A stretch of DNA of 64,000 nucleotides from Candidatus Edwardsbacteria bacterium. Lineage in GTDB: Bacteria > Edwardsbacteria > AC1 > EtOH8. Positions within the stretch are counted from its first letter, which is position 1; the number at the start of each line of letters is the position of its first letter. Below, one piece after another: positions 27,643-37,681 of this stretch. The stretch covers positions 495 through 64,494 of the forward strand of contig JAHJLF010000053.1 in NCBI GenBank assembly GCA_018821925.1, given 5' to 3'. A program made the position numbers and the translations under genes. A model generated the notes under the pieces. That model was given only the letters and a program-made list of their open reading frames with translations, had not been told where the DNA came from and did no database searches.

Positions 27643-27774
27643 TTACTTTTTGGCTGGCGTCTTGCTGATGCCGCCGGCTACAGCCTTGATGGCTTTCTTC
27701 CTCTGGGAACGGCGGACCCGTTTTTTCTTGAAATCCTGGCTTTTCATTTTCTGTTTATTCTTGCTCCTGGCCAT
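27643..27774 (-). CDS. Small highly basic protein (43 aa), unknown function
   Basis: MARSKNKQKMKSQDFKKKRVRRSQRKKAIKAVAGGISKTPAKK, with an AGGAG RBS 6 nt upstream. Confidence 0.35.
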   Translation of the reverse strand: MARSKNKQKMKSQDFKKKRVRRSQRKKAIKAVAGGISKTPAKK

Positions 27775-28075
27775 GTTCGCTCCTGTAGCTAATTGTTATA
27801 GTTATCGGTTTACCGGTATTAATATACAACTATGGTTGCCCTGTTGTCAAGAAGGTATTTCCTGGATCTCATTTATAAATCCTGAAAGACTTGGCCGCAT
27901 TTTTTACCCTCTCTTTGGAAAATAGTCGATTTCTGATCTGCAACCTTTTGAGTTCGGCTTGGGAGTGTTTTTTAAATTATACCGTTCATAATAAAATTAC
28001 TAAAAGCCAGCCCTGTCAATACAATACTTAGGCCGGCGTTGTGCCCCTGAACTTTGCAAAACCACTGCCAATCAT

Positions 28076-28828
28076 TCAGTTCCCGCCGGCCTTGGCCTTC
28101 ACGATCTCCTCCAGGACCGAGGGCATTACCTGGCCGCCCTTCCCTAAAAAGACCTGGTCGAAAATGCCGCTCAATTCTGTCCTCTCCAGGTTCACTTCGA
28201 TCAAAAAGGCCCCGTTGTTCTTAGCCATCAGGCCCAGGGAGGCCGCCGGCTGGACCACTGAGGAGGTGCCCACCGAAAAGAACAGATCCGCCACCCCCGC
28301 CATCTGCCAGGCTTTTTTCAGGACCGCCTCCGGTAGCATCTCGCCGAACCAGACCACATCCGGACGGATGCGCCCGCCGCACTTGCAGCGGGGCGGGATC
28401 TCGTCGGAGGCCGGCAGGGTTTCTATCATGATGCCGCAACGGGAGCATTTGTTGCGGTTGAGATTACCGTGCAGCTCCACCATCTTGGCGCTGCCAGCCC
28501 TTTGGTGCAGCCCGTCAATGTTCTGGGTGACCAGCAGGAAATGCTTGAAATATTTCTCCATCTCCGCGATGGCCAAGTGCCCGGGGTTGGGCTGGACCAA
28601 TGGGAGCTTCTCCCGGCGCCACTGGTACCACTCCCATACTTTTTTAGGGTCGCAGGCGAAGGCCTCCGGGGTGGCCAGCTTCATGGGATCGAAATCGTCC
28701 CACAGGCCCTGCATGCCCCGGAAGGTCTGCAGGCCGCTCTCGGCCGAGACCCCGGCCCCGGTCAGGACCAGACAGCTTTGGGCGCTTCTTATTGCTTCGA
28801 TGAGATCGGATGAAAATACCATAGACAT
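28076..28828 (-). CDS. cobB: NAD-dependent protein deacylase (Sir2/CobB family)
   Basis: GAGVSAESGL.TFRG, QNIDGLH and a CxxC...CxxC zinc site. Confidence 0.85.
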   Translation of the reverse strand: MSMVFSSDLIEAIRSAQSCLVLTGAGVSAESGLQTFRGMQGLWDDFDPMKLATPEAFACDPKKVWEWYQWRREKLPLVQPNPGHLAIAEMEKYFKHFLLVTQNIDGLHQRAGSAKMVELHGNLNRNKCSRCGIMIETLPASDEIPPRCKCGGRIRPDVVWFGEMLPEAVLKKAWQMAGVADLFFSVGTSSVVQPAASLGLMAKNNGAFLIEVNLERTELSGIFDQVFLGKGGQVMPSVLEEIVKAKAGGN

Positions 28829-28926
28829 ATATTAGCACAGCGTTGCGGATAAATGCAATTGGTTCTGCAATTAAGAAAAAGCTGGAGCTATGCTCCAGCT
28901 TTTTACTAGATAAGAGGTCTTACTGC

Positions 28927-31900
28927 TTACTTTATGACTACCATTTTCTTGGTAGCCCTGAAATCACCTGCCTCCAATCTATAGAAATATACCCCGTTTG
29001 CCGCTAACTTCCCGGTATTATCTTTGCAATCCCAGGTTACATTATAATAACCCATCGGTTGTTCCTGGGAAACCAATGTTTTCACTACTTGGCCTAGGGT
29101 ATTGTAGATTTTAAGACTTACTTTCTCCAGCTGGGGCAATTGATACTTTATTGCTGTCTTCCCGGTGTTGGGATTTGGGTAATTTTGCATTAATTCGTAG
29201 CTGTAAATATTAACAGACTTGCTGCTGCTTTCGGCAATATTTTCTGAAGACTTGCTGTCACAATCCCTGTCAAACTCATACAAGGCAATCACCGAACAAA
29301 CCGCATATTCACCAATAGTTTTGGTTATTGTTACCTCTATCTGCCCGTCTTTTAGGCAACTATTGGGAATCCAATGCTCTTCGGTAACCACTGTTTTAGG
29401 ATCAATCTTGGATTTTGTATTAAAGGTTTTATCTACTGATAACGTTTGTTTTAATGTCTTGTCAAAGTTATGATAATATGTAACTTTAACCCTATACCGC
29501 TTATTTATATCTAAGTTCTGGAATTTATACTTAAGTTGTGTATTATGATAATCCACTGTATAATTCGGATGCGGGCCATAATATATGGTCCCACCTCTTT
29601 GTGTAGTATATACAAGGGATTCCTCAGAACCAAGATCAATATAAATTAATGGCACAGGGTCTATTGTCATAGGATATGTTTTAATTATTATTGAGGCCGT
29701 TGATTTAGTATTGTCTGGCATTTCTTCTGTCCAAAGTGTATATAGTTTATTTTGGGGCCAACTTTGTTTATACGCGACAGAAGGATACCGCGAAATGCCA
29801 CCCTGCACCCCTGAAATATTTTGATATTGTGCATTTAATCCATTGTCATATTCAGAAAACCAAATCAAATCATAATCATCATCTTTTACATTTTTACTGT
29901 AAAGGTATTGTCCAGCTGCGGCCACCACCGGGAAATCAGCGTTTTGTCCATCGGGGTAAGAAATTACCTGTTTGTCGGACCAATCGTTTATCCCCTTGGT
30001 CTTCTTGACCACCTGATATACATCCGGGGCAATCTCCTCCTGCCAAACAACTGTGGTTTTATCGCCATAGGTGTCAACTATGGGGTGAATGCCGTTATCG
30101 CTCATCTCGAAAAATTCGCTGTTGTCCTTATAATAAACCTTGCCGGAATGGCTCCAGGCGGTCTTCAAGTTTCCGGCTTTATCCAAGGCCAGTGACGGCG
30201 ATTTGAAAGCGTCGGCGCCGCCCTGATCAATGGGGATTGGAGCCAGGGTTGCAGAAGTTGAGGGGTTATAAGTAGATATCAACACTGAAGAACCGGAAGC
30301 CCCTTCGTCCACCCAGCCCAGGTATGAATTGTTGGTGTTTTGGTCCAGAACATATGAAAGATATGATATTTCGGAACCTTCGGGGCCAGTATAAATAAGT
30401 TGGGGGGCCTCGAATGCCCCGCTTACCATTTTAGAGCTATACAGTAAATTGCCGTTATTCCAGCAAATGGTGGGCAGGTTGCCGGTTGTTAATTCGATGG
30501 CCGGGTGCTTGCCCGAACCCACGGCAATCGGTGTAGTCCAAGTTTCGCCTTCGTCAATAGAAGTTGTATAATAAACATTATCGTTATTTGAAAAAACAAC
30601 ATGCAATTTCATGGAATAGTCAACAACAATCTTCTTTCCATTAGAAAAGGCAGTAGCATCAGGTGTATTTACTTCGGCAACAACTGGATCACCGGGGTTG
30701 GGCGGATATATCGTTTTTGTGTTCGAATCGAAATTTACCTCTTCACCCATGCTTATTACCGCTCTTAATTGATAGATAGTTTTCGTGTTGATGGTTTTAT
30801 TTTGAGAAAAATAATTTTCTGTTCCTTCATATATTTTACCTAAACCCATTTGATATAACTCAAAGCGCAGAAAGTTTTTTGGTCTGCTGCCAAGAAGCCA
30901 ATCCCAATTGAATCTCACTCTGGCGCCGTCATAAGTAACAGCCAGTGTAGGTCTTTTCTTATAAAAAGCAGAATATGTCTGTCCTATTGCAGAGGGACAG
31001 ACCTTATGGTCCTGGTAATAATCATCAGACCAACCGCAAAAGTAGAGATACGTTTCATTGTAATAAATGAATGGTGCCGCACCGACCGAAAATACTCTCG
31101 ATACGGGCACAAATGCATAAGGAGATTGATAAGATTGGCCGTCAATATTTACATTACCCAAGCTTGTAGTACTTCCCACATCTAATACCACATTCTGGAC
31201 TCTGCTTTCTTGAACCGTTTGTGGAATATAATCCAAAAAAGTACTGCTGCCGATGTTTCCCAAATCGCTATATTGCGGGGTTTCGGGTCTGGACTCATGG
31301 TCTTTTTCATATATCCATGTCTCATAAATTGAAATTTTATTATCACCATTTAGATCAGCATTAACCGTTGGTGGATAAGCATAGCTTTCTCGTGTGGGTT
31401 CAAACAAGGCCTTACCGCGCTGGCTATTTAAATTGTGAAAACTCATTTCCTGGTGGTAATATGTTATCCCATTATATATTTCATTTTCCGGCAAAGGTGA
31501 TCCATTTCTAGTTACATCATCAGCCTTCCATGAAGCTTCATCAAAGGAAGCTGCTGTGTGAATGACCGTTTTAGTATCCTTCAAATAGTCAATAAAACCA
31601 CCACTATAACATTGACCAAACCAAAAAATCCTTTTTTGATTAGTAATAGAATTTATAGGTGGCGCAAAGTCTCTTGCATATATTATCCCATCATTTACAT
31701 TAAAATGATGGCTATTCAGCGGCGGCTCTTCATCTATGCCGCCGTGGCTATTATTATAAACGAATAAAATATCTTCCGGTGTCATTGCGGGGACACCCTG
31801 GTCGCCGTTTCCATTTTTAAGCCACATTAACATATCGTATACATTTTGTTTATTTTCAGGATAGTCGGTTAAATTATATATTCCATGCCTTTCATAAGGG

Positions 31901-32217
31901 TTATACCTTATACCCGCATCTAGCCAGTCTCTGCCATTTGAATACAACACATATATGCCATCTACCGCTGCCCCTTTCTTTTTCTCCGGCCAGCCGTATT
32001 TTTCATAAAGCAGTTCCCACATCAAATAGGTATCGTTCCAGAATTCATCGCGCGTTATATCATCTTTGGCAACTACCGCCGGATCCCACCCTTCGGGAAT
32101 GTTCATGCCCTTATAGGTAACGCCATGGCTCATAACAATTGCAGTATTATCTGCTAACAACACAGTGCTTAACTGTATTAGAGCAAATAAAATTATAGGC
32201 ATTGCTATCTTTTTCAC
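28927..32217 (-). CDS. Secreted clan-CD (gingipain/C25-like) cysteine peptidase with a T9SS C-terminal sorting domain
   Basis: His in NNSHGG and Cys in GQCYSGG; the C-terminal ~90 aa show the Por-secretion CTD pattern (..YPNP....I.Y.L......V.L.IY...G..V....). Confidence 0.65.
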   Translation of the reverse strand: MKKIAMPIILFALIQLSTVLLADNTAIVMSHGVTYKGMNIPEGWDPAVVAKDDITRDEFWNDTYLMWELLYEKYGWPEKKKGAAVDGIYVLYSNGRDWLDAGIRYNPYERHGIYNLTDYPENKQNVYDMLMWLKNGNGDQGVPAMTPEDILFVYNNSHGGIDEEPPLNSHHFNVNDGIIYARDFAPPINSITNQKRIFWFGQCYSGGFIDYLKDTKTVIHTAASFDEASWKADDVTRNGSPLPENEIYNGITYYHQEMSFHNLNSQRGKALFEPTRESYAYPPTVNADLNGDNKISIYETWIYEKDHESRPETPQYSDLGNIGSSTFLDYIPQTVQESRVQNVVLDVGSTTSLGNVNIDGQSYQSPYAFVPVSRVFSVGAAPFIYYNETYLYFCGWSDDYYQDHKVCPSAIGQTYSAFYKKRPTLAVTYDGARVRFNWDWLLGSRPKNFLRFELYQMGLGKIYEGTENYFSQNKTINTKTIYQLRAVISMGEEVNFDSNTKTIYPPNPGDPVVAEVNTPDATAFSNGKKIVVDYSMKLHVVFSNNDNVYYTTSIDEGETWTTPIAVGSGKHPAIELTTGNLPTICWNNGNLLYSSKMVSGAFEAPQLIYTGPEGSEISYLSYVLDQNTNNSYLGWVDEGASGSSVLISTYNPSTSATLAPIPIDQGGADAFKSPSLALDKAGNLKTAWSHSGKVYYKDNSEFFEMSDNGIHPIVDTYGDKTTVVWQEEIAPDVYQVVKKTKGINDWSDKQVISYPDGQNADFPVVAAAGQYLYSKNVKDDDYDLIWFSEYDNGLNAQYQNISGVQGGISRYPSVAYKQSWPQNKLYTLWTEEMPDNTKSTASIIIKTYPMTIDPVPLIYIDLGSEESLVYTTQRGGTIYYGPHPNYTVDYHNTQLKYKFQNLDINKRYRVKVTYYHNFDKTLKQTLSVDKTFNTKSKIDPKTVVTEEHWIPNSCLKDGQIEVTITKTIGEYAVCSVIALYEFDRDCDSKSSENIAESSSKSVNIYSYELMQNYPNPNTGKTAIKYQLPQLEKVSLKIYNTLGQVVKTLVSQEQPMGYYNVTWDCKDNTGKLAANGVYFYRLEAGDFRATKKMVVIK

Positions 32218-32227
32218 TGTGATTCTC

Positions 32228-33670
32228 CTATTTAATTATTAACATTTTATGAAATGCGGTAGGTGCGTTATTTATTTTCAGTCTGTATAAATATATGCCG
32301 TTAGCAAAAGATGAATCCACCGGTATGATTGTTTCATGCCTACCCGGTGTACGTGAGCCTACATTGATTGTTTTTTTCAATTGCCCGATAATATTATATA
32401 TTTCAAGCTTTAAGTTGCCTTGGTATTTAATTTCATAAACGACCGTCGTTTTAACATTAAAAGGGTTTGGTTTATTGCATATGATCCTATTTGCCCAAGT
32501 AATTGTATCCGGCATAAATCCATTGCCGGTATCAATGCCGACAAATTGATGGGAATAAAATATATCACCATTGGCATGCCAGGCTGAATGGATATCGCCA
32601 ATTTGGTCGTAATATATTGAGGGGAAAGAAGAACTGTTTACGTTTGTCAAGTAAGCAGGCGTCTCCCAAGCACCTGTGCTGTCACGGCGCCAATATAATA
32701 TACCCACAGTTGTTCCACTGCCAATTGTCCAAAGGATATGAGACGTGCCAACAGCATAGTTTATTTGTGGTTCTAATGCATCATATGTATCAGAAGGCAA
32801 CATTAAAGGCACACTCCAATTGTTGCCATAAAAATTACAGTAATAGCCCTCGTTCTTAATAGTTGCAATATTTCTCTCTTCCCACACCAAATGAAGCGTA
32901 TCGCCGCGCCCAATAGCAAGCCTTGGTTTACAAGATTGTCCGGTAGACATATCCGGTGGCATTGGCATTCGTTTCCAAATATTGTTTTCCCGCTTGAAAT
33001 ATATCAGTGGATAACCCTTGCTATTGCGGTAATCCATGGCAATTACATGCAGGTCATCCTTGCTGTCAATGGCAATGTCTGCCCAGGCCATAACAATATT
33101 GGTATCCCTTTCCAGTTCCAACGGCTGGCTCCAGTTGTTCCAGTCCCATTTGCTGTACCAAATGCCCCCGGTATCCGACACTTCGTGCCATACGGCATGG
33201 ATATTATTTTGCTTGTCCAAAGCCATTCTTATACCCACGTTACCTCCGGGTTTGGGGAAAGCAGGCTGTGGAGCCGTCCAGATCGTATCGCTGCAATAGA
33301 CATAATATATATTCCCGCTGCCTTCGTCCATCCAGCACACAAACGGCCGGTTTAAAGTATCTACTACCAATGCAGGTCTTACGGAAGAATAGGCCGGAGT
33401 GCTGCCGGATATCAGTTTGGGCGCCGACCATATGCTGTCATGCCCGGCAGAATACATTACCCAATGGGCGCCGTAAAAATTGTCGGGGTCCCAGCATTCC
33501 CATACAATATGCGATATGCCGTCCCTGCCGCCGGCTATGCACGGTATTTTAGAAATAACTTCATTTGTGTCGTTATTGGTAATATTAAAGGGTGGTTCCC
33601 AGGCAAAGAGGGTTTGGGAAGAAAGTGTTAAGACTAGTATAAGTGTTATATTTACAATATACTTATTCAT
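32228..33670 (-). CDS. T9SS-sorted secreted protein with Trp-rich repeats (BNR/propeller-like)
   Basis: Signal peptide and a T9SS C-terminal domain. Confidence 0.65.
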   Translation of the reverse strand: MNKYIVNITLILVLTLSSQTLFAWEPPFNITNNDTNEVISKIPCIAGGRDGISHIVWECWDPDNFYGAHWVMYSAGHDSIWSAPKLISGSTPAYSSVRPALVVDTLNRPFVCWMDEGSGNIYYVYCSDTIWTAPQPAFPKPGGNVGIRMALDKQNNIHAVWHEVSDTGGIWYSKWDWNNWSQPLELERDTNIVMAWADIAIDSKDDLHVIAMDYRNSKGYPLIYFKRENNIWKRMPMPPDMSTGQSCKPRLAIGRGDTLHLVWEERNIATIKNEGYYCNFYGNNWSVPLMLPSDTYDALEPQINYAVGTSHILWTIGSGTTVGILYWRRDSTGAWETPAYLTNVNSSSFPSIYYDQIGDIHSAWHANGDIFYSHQFVGIDTGNGFMPDTITWANRIICNKPNPFNVKTTVVYEIKYQGNLKLEIYNIIGQLKKTINVGSRTPGRHETIIPVDSSFANGIYLYRLKINNAPTAFHKMLIIK

Positions 33671-33711
33671 GTCCCTATTGTATGAAAGCAGGGGGATTTT
33701 GTCAAGACAAT

Positions 33712-33746
33712 AAATAGGAAAAAGCCGCCATTTACATGGCGGCTTT
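33712..33746 (-). terminator. Rho-independent terminator downstream of proS
   Basis: Stem aagccgccat/atggcggctt followed by TTTTTCC on the minus strand. Confidence 0.5.
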
Positions 33747-33904
33747 TAATTCGTTGAATATTTTACTTCCCGGCTATATTCACATCCTTGAGACAACTGG
33801 CCGGTACTCAATGCTTCTCTGTGTATAATGTAATTGGTTCAAACGTTGTTTTTAACATAAAAGGATTGTCCACCGAAAGCGTTTGCTTTACATATTTCCC
33901 CAAT

Positions 33905-34030
33905 ACTGGCAATAAAAATTAAACCCTGTGCCCCCGGCGGGTCTTTGACCTCTCCCTGCCTGACGGCTTCCCTCCCCGCTGCGGGGAGGGAGTGAGGGTG
34001 AGGTCTGCCCGGACAGAAAGGGCAGTAAGA
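33905..34030. repeat. REP/MITE-like palindromic element, same family as 60266-60375
   Basis: ccctgtgcccccggcgggtctttgacctctccctgcctgacggcttccctccccgctgcggggagggagtgagggtgaggtctgcccggacagaaagggc is nearly identical to the copy in the pst locus. Confidence 0.7.
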
Positions 34031-34088
34031 CTGTTACCACGGGCAGCCTAATATTCTGGGCTAGCAGAGGCTGATATTCTGTCGACAA

Positions 34089-35810
34089 TTACTGCTGTTT
34101 CAGGGGCCACATCTCCACCGAGGTCAGCTCCTGGATCTTTCTCCGCACCTCCTCGGGACGCACTTTGAACACCTGCCCGTCCTTGCGCTGTTTGATCTCC
34201 ACCAGCCCCTCCCGCAGGCTCTTCTCTCCCACGTTGATGCGGATGGGGATGCCGGTCAGGTCGGCGTCCTTGAACTTGAAGCCCGGCCGCTCCTCGCGGT
34301 CGTCCAGCAGCACCTCGAACCGGGCGTCCTGCAGTTCATTATATAGGTTCTCGGCCACCTTGGCCGATTCGGTGCCCGGCCCGCCCAGCTGGCTGATGAC
34401 CACCTGGTAGGGCGCCACCGACAGCGGCCAGATAATGCCCGACTGGTCGTGGCTCTGCTCGATGATGCAGGCCGCCACCCGCTCGATGCCGATGCCGTAG
34501 GAGCCCATCACCAAAGGTTTCTCGCTGCCGTCCTCGTCCACGAAATTGGCCTTTAGCGCCTGGGAATACTTGGTGCCCAGCTTGAAGACGTGCCCCAGTT
34601 CAATGGCCTGGGTGACGACCAGCGGCTGGCCGCATTTTATGCAGGGCTCCTCGGCTTTGACCATCCGGAGGTCGGCATATTTCTCCACCTTGACGTCGCG
34701 GGCCAGGTCGATACCACTCAGGTGATGGTGATCCTTGTTGGCTCCGGAGACCATTCCCTGGGCGCCTTGCAGCGCCAGATCGGCCAGTATTTTTATATCA
34801 TTGATCCCCACCGGGGAGATAAAGCCCACATTGGCTTTGGTAATTTTCAGCACCTCCTCCGGGGTGGCCGGACGGAAGTTGCCCGACCCCAGGGCCGTCT
34901 GAAGCTTGGACTCGTTCAGCTCGTCGTCGCCCCGGACCAGGGCGAACACCGGCTGGCCGTCCGCCATATACAACAGGCTCTTGACTAGCTGCGAGGCCGA
35001 CACTTTCAGGAACCCGCAGACCTCCTCCACCGTCCGCTTCTCCGGGGTGGGGACTTCGGATAGTTGAGCATCGGGATAGGCCGGGCTGGTGATCTTGGAC
35101 TGGGCAACTTCCAGGTTGGCCGCATATCCGCAGGCCGGGCAGACCGCGCAGGAATCCTCGCCGGAGGGCGAGGCCACCATAAATTCCTGGGAGCCGCTGC
35201 CGCCCATCAGCCCGGAGGAGGCCCCCACCACGAAGAATTTGATGCCGCAGCGGGAGAATATCCGGTGGTAGGCGTCGTACATGGCCTGGTAGGAAACATC
35301 CAGTCCGGCCTGGTCCCGGTCCATGCTGTAGGCGTCCTTCATTATGAAATGTCTCACCCGGAGCACCCCGGAGCGGGGCCGGGGCTCGTCGCGGAACTTG
35401 ACCTGCATCTGATACCAGTTCTGGGGCAGGTCCCGGTAGGAACGGAGCTTGGCCCGGGCCAGGTCGGTGATGATCTCCTCATGGGTGGGACACAGGGCGT
35501 AATCCCGTTTCTTGCGGTCCTTGACCCGGAACATCTCGTCCCCGAAATCGTCCCACCGCCCGCTCTCCTGCCAGATCTCGGCCGGCGCCAGGGCCGGCAG
35601 GAAAAGTTCCTGGCCCCCGGCCCGGTTCATCTCCTCCCGGATTATCTGCATCACTTTCAAAAACACCCGCCACCCCAGGGGCAGATATTCGTAGACCCCG
35701 GCGGTCAGCTGGCGGATCATACCGGATCTCAGCATCAGCTGGTGGCTCTTCATTTCGGCCTCGGCCGGGTCCTCCTTGATGGTGGGTATAAAAGCTTTAC
35801 TCCAGCGCAA
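34089..35810 (-). CDS. proS: Proline--tRNA ligase (bacterial type, with editing domain)
   Basis: Class II aaRS motifs; 573 aa. Confidence 0.95.
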   Translation of the reverse strand: MRWSKAFIPTIKEDPAEAEMKSHQLMLRSGMIRQLTAGVYEYLPLGWRVFLKVMQIIREEMNRAGGQELFLPALAPAEIWQESGRWDDFGDEMFRVKDRKKRDYALCPTHEEIITDLARAKLRSYRDLPQNWYQMQVKFRDEPRPRSGVLRVRHFIMKDAYSMDRDQAGLDVSYQAMYDAYHRIFSRCGIKFFVVGASSGLMGGSGSQEFMVASPSGEDSCAVCPACGYAANLEVAQSKITSPAYPDAQLSEVPTPEKRTVEEVCGFLKVSASQLVKSLLYMADGQPVFALVRGDDELNESKLQTALGSGNFRPATPEEVLKITKANVGFISPVGINDIKILADLALQGAQGMVSGANKDHHHLSGIDLARDVKVEKYADLRMVKAEEPCIKCGQPLVVTQAIELGHVFKLGTKYSQALKANFVDEDGSEKPLVMGSYGIGIERVAACIIEQSHDQSGIIWPLSVAPYQVVISQLGGPGTESAKVAENLYNELQDARFEVLLDDREERPGFKFKDADLTGIPIRINVGEKSLREGLVEIKQRKDGQVFKVRPEEVRRKIQELTSVEMWPLKQQ

Positions 35811-36017
35811 AGGTCACCTCATTTTTTAAGTTTAACGGTTGACAGGCTTTTATTATAACAGAATCGGCCCGGGTTTCTCAATAGATTTCTGCGCTCGCCG
35901 CGTTGCCGTAATATTTTAAAAATTCATATTGCAAACAGCGGTAAACTATGATAGACTGATGTTTCGTATTTTAATAACCGTTTATAATCCAATCTAATTG
36001 TTAAGGAGTTTTAGAAA

Positions 36018-37679
36018 ATGAAACGATGGCTTTCTCCCGCCCTGATCTTAAGCTTGATCATAGCGCTAACTTCTTGCAGCAGCCGTGATAAGACCATCGC
36101 CAATGTCGGCAACAGCAAAGTAACCCTGGGCGATTTCCAGGATGCCTACAAGCCCCCGATGATCCCCGGCGATTCAGCCGCTGTCCTGGCCGGCAAGCAG
36201 GAACTGCTTAACCGGATGGTGGAGCAGAAATTACTGGTCAACGAGGCGGTGTCCCGCGGGATGGACAAGGACCCCAAACTGGCCCAGGATCTGGAGGAGC
36301 TCAAAAAGAACATCCTGTTGCAGGAGCTTTACAAGGATGAGATCCTTAAACATGCCCAGCCCTCCGATTCGGATGTCAAGAAATTTTATGCCCGGCTGGG
36401 CAAGGAAGCCAAGGCCAGACATATCCTGGTGAAGACCGAGGAGGAGGCCAAGGAGATCGCCAAGGCCCTGAAAGGCGGCGGGGATTTTGCCCAGCTGGCC
36501 GGCAGCAAATCGGTCGACCGGGGCTCCGCCGAGAGGGGCGGCGACCTGGGGTGGTTCGGCTGGGGTAAGATGGTCGATGAATTCCAGTCGGCGATCTTTT
36601 CCATGAAGCCGGGCCAAACCAGCAAGCCCATAAAGACCGCCTTCGGCTTCCATATAATCCGGCTGGACTCCCTGCGGGACGCGCCGCTTCAGCCTTTCGA
36701 AGAAATGAAGGACCGCATCAAACAGCAACTCTCCTCCACCCGGCCCAGGGAGCTGGCCAATAAATATATCACCAAGCTTCGGGAGGGCGCCAATATAAAG
36801 ATCAAGGATGATATCATCCAGGCCCTGGCCGCCAAGCAGGCCCCCGGCCAGCCCATGCCGGCCCTACCCCAGGTTTCTCCCGAGGAGCTCAAGAAGACCG
36901 TCATCACCTACAACGGCGGCTCCTGGACCGTGCAGAACTTGTATGATAATGTAAACCGCTATATGCGCGGGACCCTGGACCTGAACCAGGCCGACCGCCT
37001 GAAGGAACAGCTGGAGGGCCTGATCGTCAGCGACCTGCTGCTGGCCCGGGCCAAATCCAAGGGCATCGAGCAGAACCCCAAGGTCAAAGCCCAGCTCAGC
37101 CGGACCAGGGACAACATGCTGGCCGAGTCTTTCTACCGGGAGGATGTCTCCGGCAAGGTGATGCTCACCCCCGATCAGGCCAAGAAGTATTATCAGGATA
37201 ATAAAAAGGAATTCTATCAGCCGGCCAAAGCCCTGGTTCACATCATTGCCGTGCCGGAGAAGGACCAGGCCCAGGAGATCTACGGCCTGCTGTCCAAGGG
37301 GGCCGATTTCTCCCAGCTGGCCAGGGAGCGGTCGGTGGACCCCTCCAAGGCCTCCGGCGGAGCCTTGCGGTGGGTGGAGAGCAACGATGCCGAGCTCCCC
37401 GAACTTTCCCGGCTGGTATTCGGCATGGCCCTCAACCAGCCCAGCCGCCCCTTTGCCTATCGTAATAATTTCGCCATCATCAAGGTCACCGAGAAAACCC
37501 CGGCCAAACAGCGGACCTTTGAGGAATCCCAGCGGGAGATAGAGTTCAAACTGCGGCAGTCCCAGGAGGAGACAATACTGGGCGATCTGCTGGCCTCCCT
37601 TAAGACCAAATATCCGGTCAAGATTGACCAGGCTCTTTTGGCCAAGGCCGAGGCTTCAACCGCCATCGAGGAGAAATAG
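36018..37679 (+). CDS. Periplasmic peptidyl-prolyl isomerase, SurA/PpiD-like with two parvulin domains; lipoprotein
   Basis: LTSC lipobox; two PpiC-type domains (GGDLGWFG..., ...FGFHIIRL). Confidence 0.85.
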   Translation: MKRWLSPALILSLIIALTSCSSRDKTIANVGNSKVTLGDFQDAYKPPMIPGDSAAVLAGKQELLNRMVEQKLLVNEAVSRGMDKDPKLAQDLEELKKNILLQELYKDEILKHAQPSDSDVKKFYARLGKEAKARHILVKTEEEAKEIAKALKGGGDFAQLAGSKSVDRGSAERGGDLGWFGWGKMVDEFQSAIFSMKPGQTSKPIKTAFGFHIIRLDSLRDAPLQPFEEMKDRIKQQLSSTRPRELANKYITKLREGANIKIKDDIIQALAAKQAPGQPMPALPQVSPEELKKTVITYNGGSWTVQNLYDNVNRYMRGTLDLNQADRLKEQLEGLIVSDLLLARAKSKGIEQNPKVKAQLSRTRDNMLAESFYREDVSGKVMLTPDQAKKYYQDNKKEFYQPAKALVHIIAVPEKDQAQEIYGLLSKGADFSQLARERSVDPSKASGGALRWVESNDAELPELSRLVFGMALNQPSRPFAYRNNFAIIKVTEKTPAKQRTFEESQREIEFKLRQSQEETILGDLLASLKTKYPVKIDQALLAKAEASTAIEEK

Positions 37680-37681
37680 CC

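Noticed and set aside
34165-35858. Plus-strand ORFs up to 264 aa opposite proS
   Set aside because: They are GC-rich antisense frames of a highly conserved aaRS gene.
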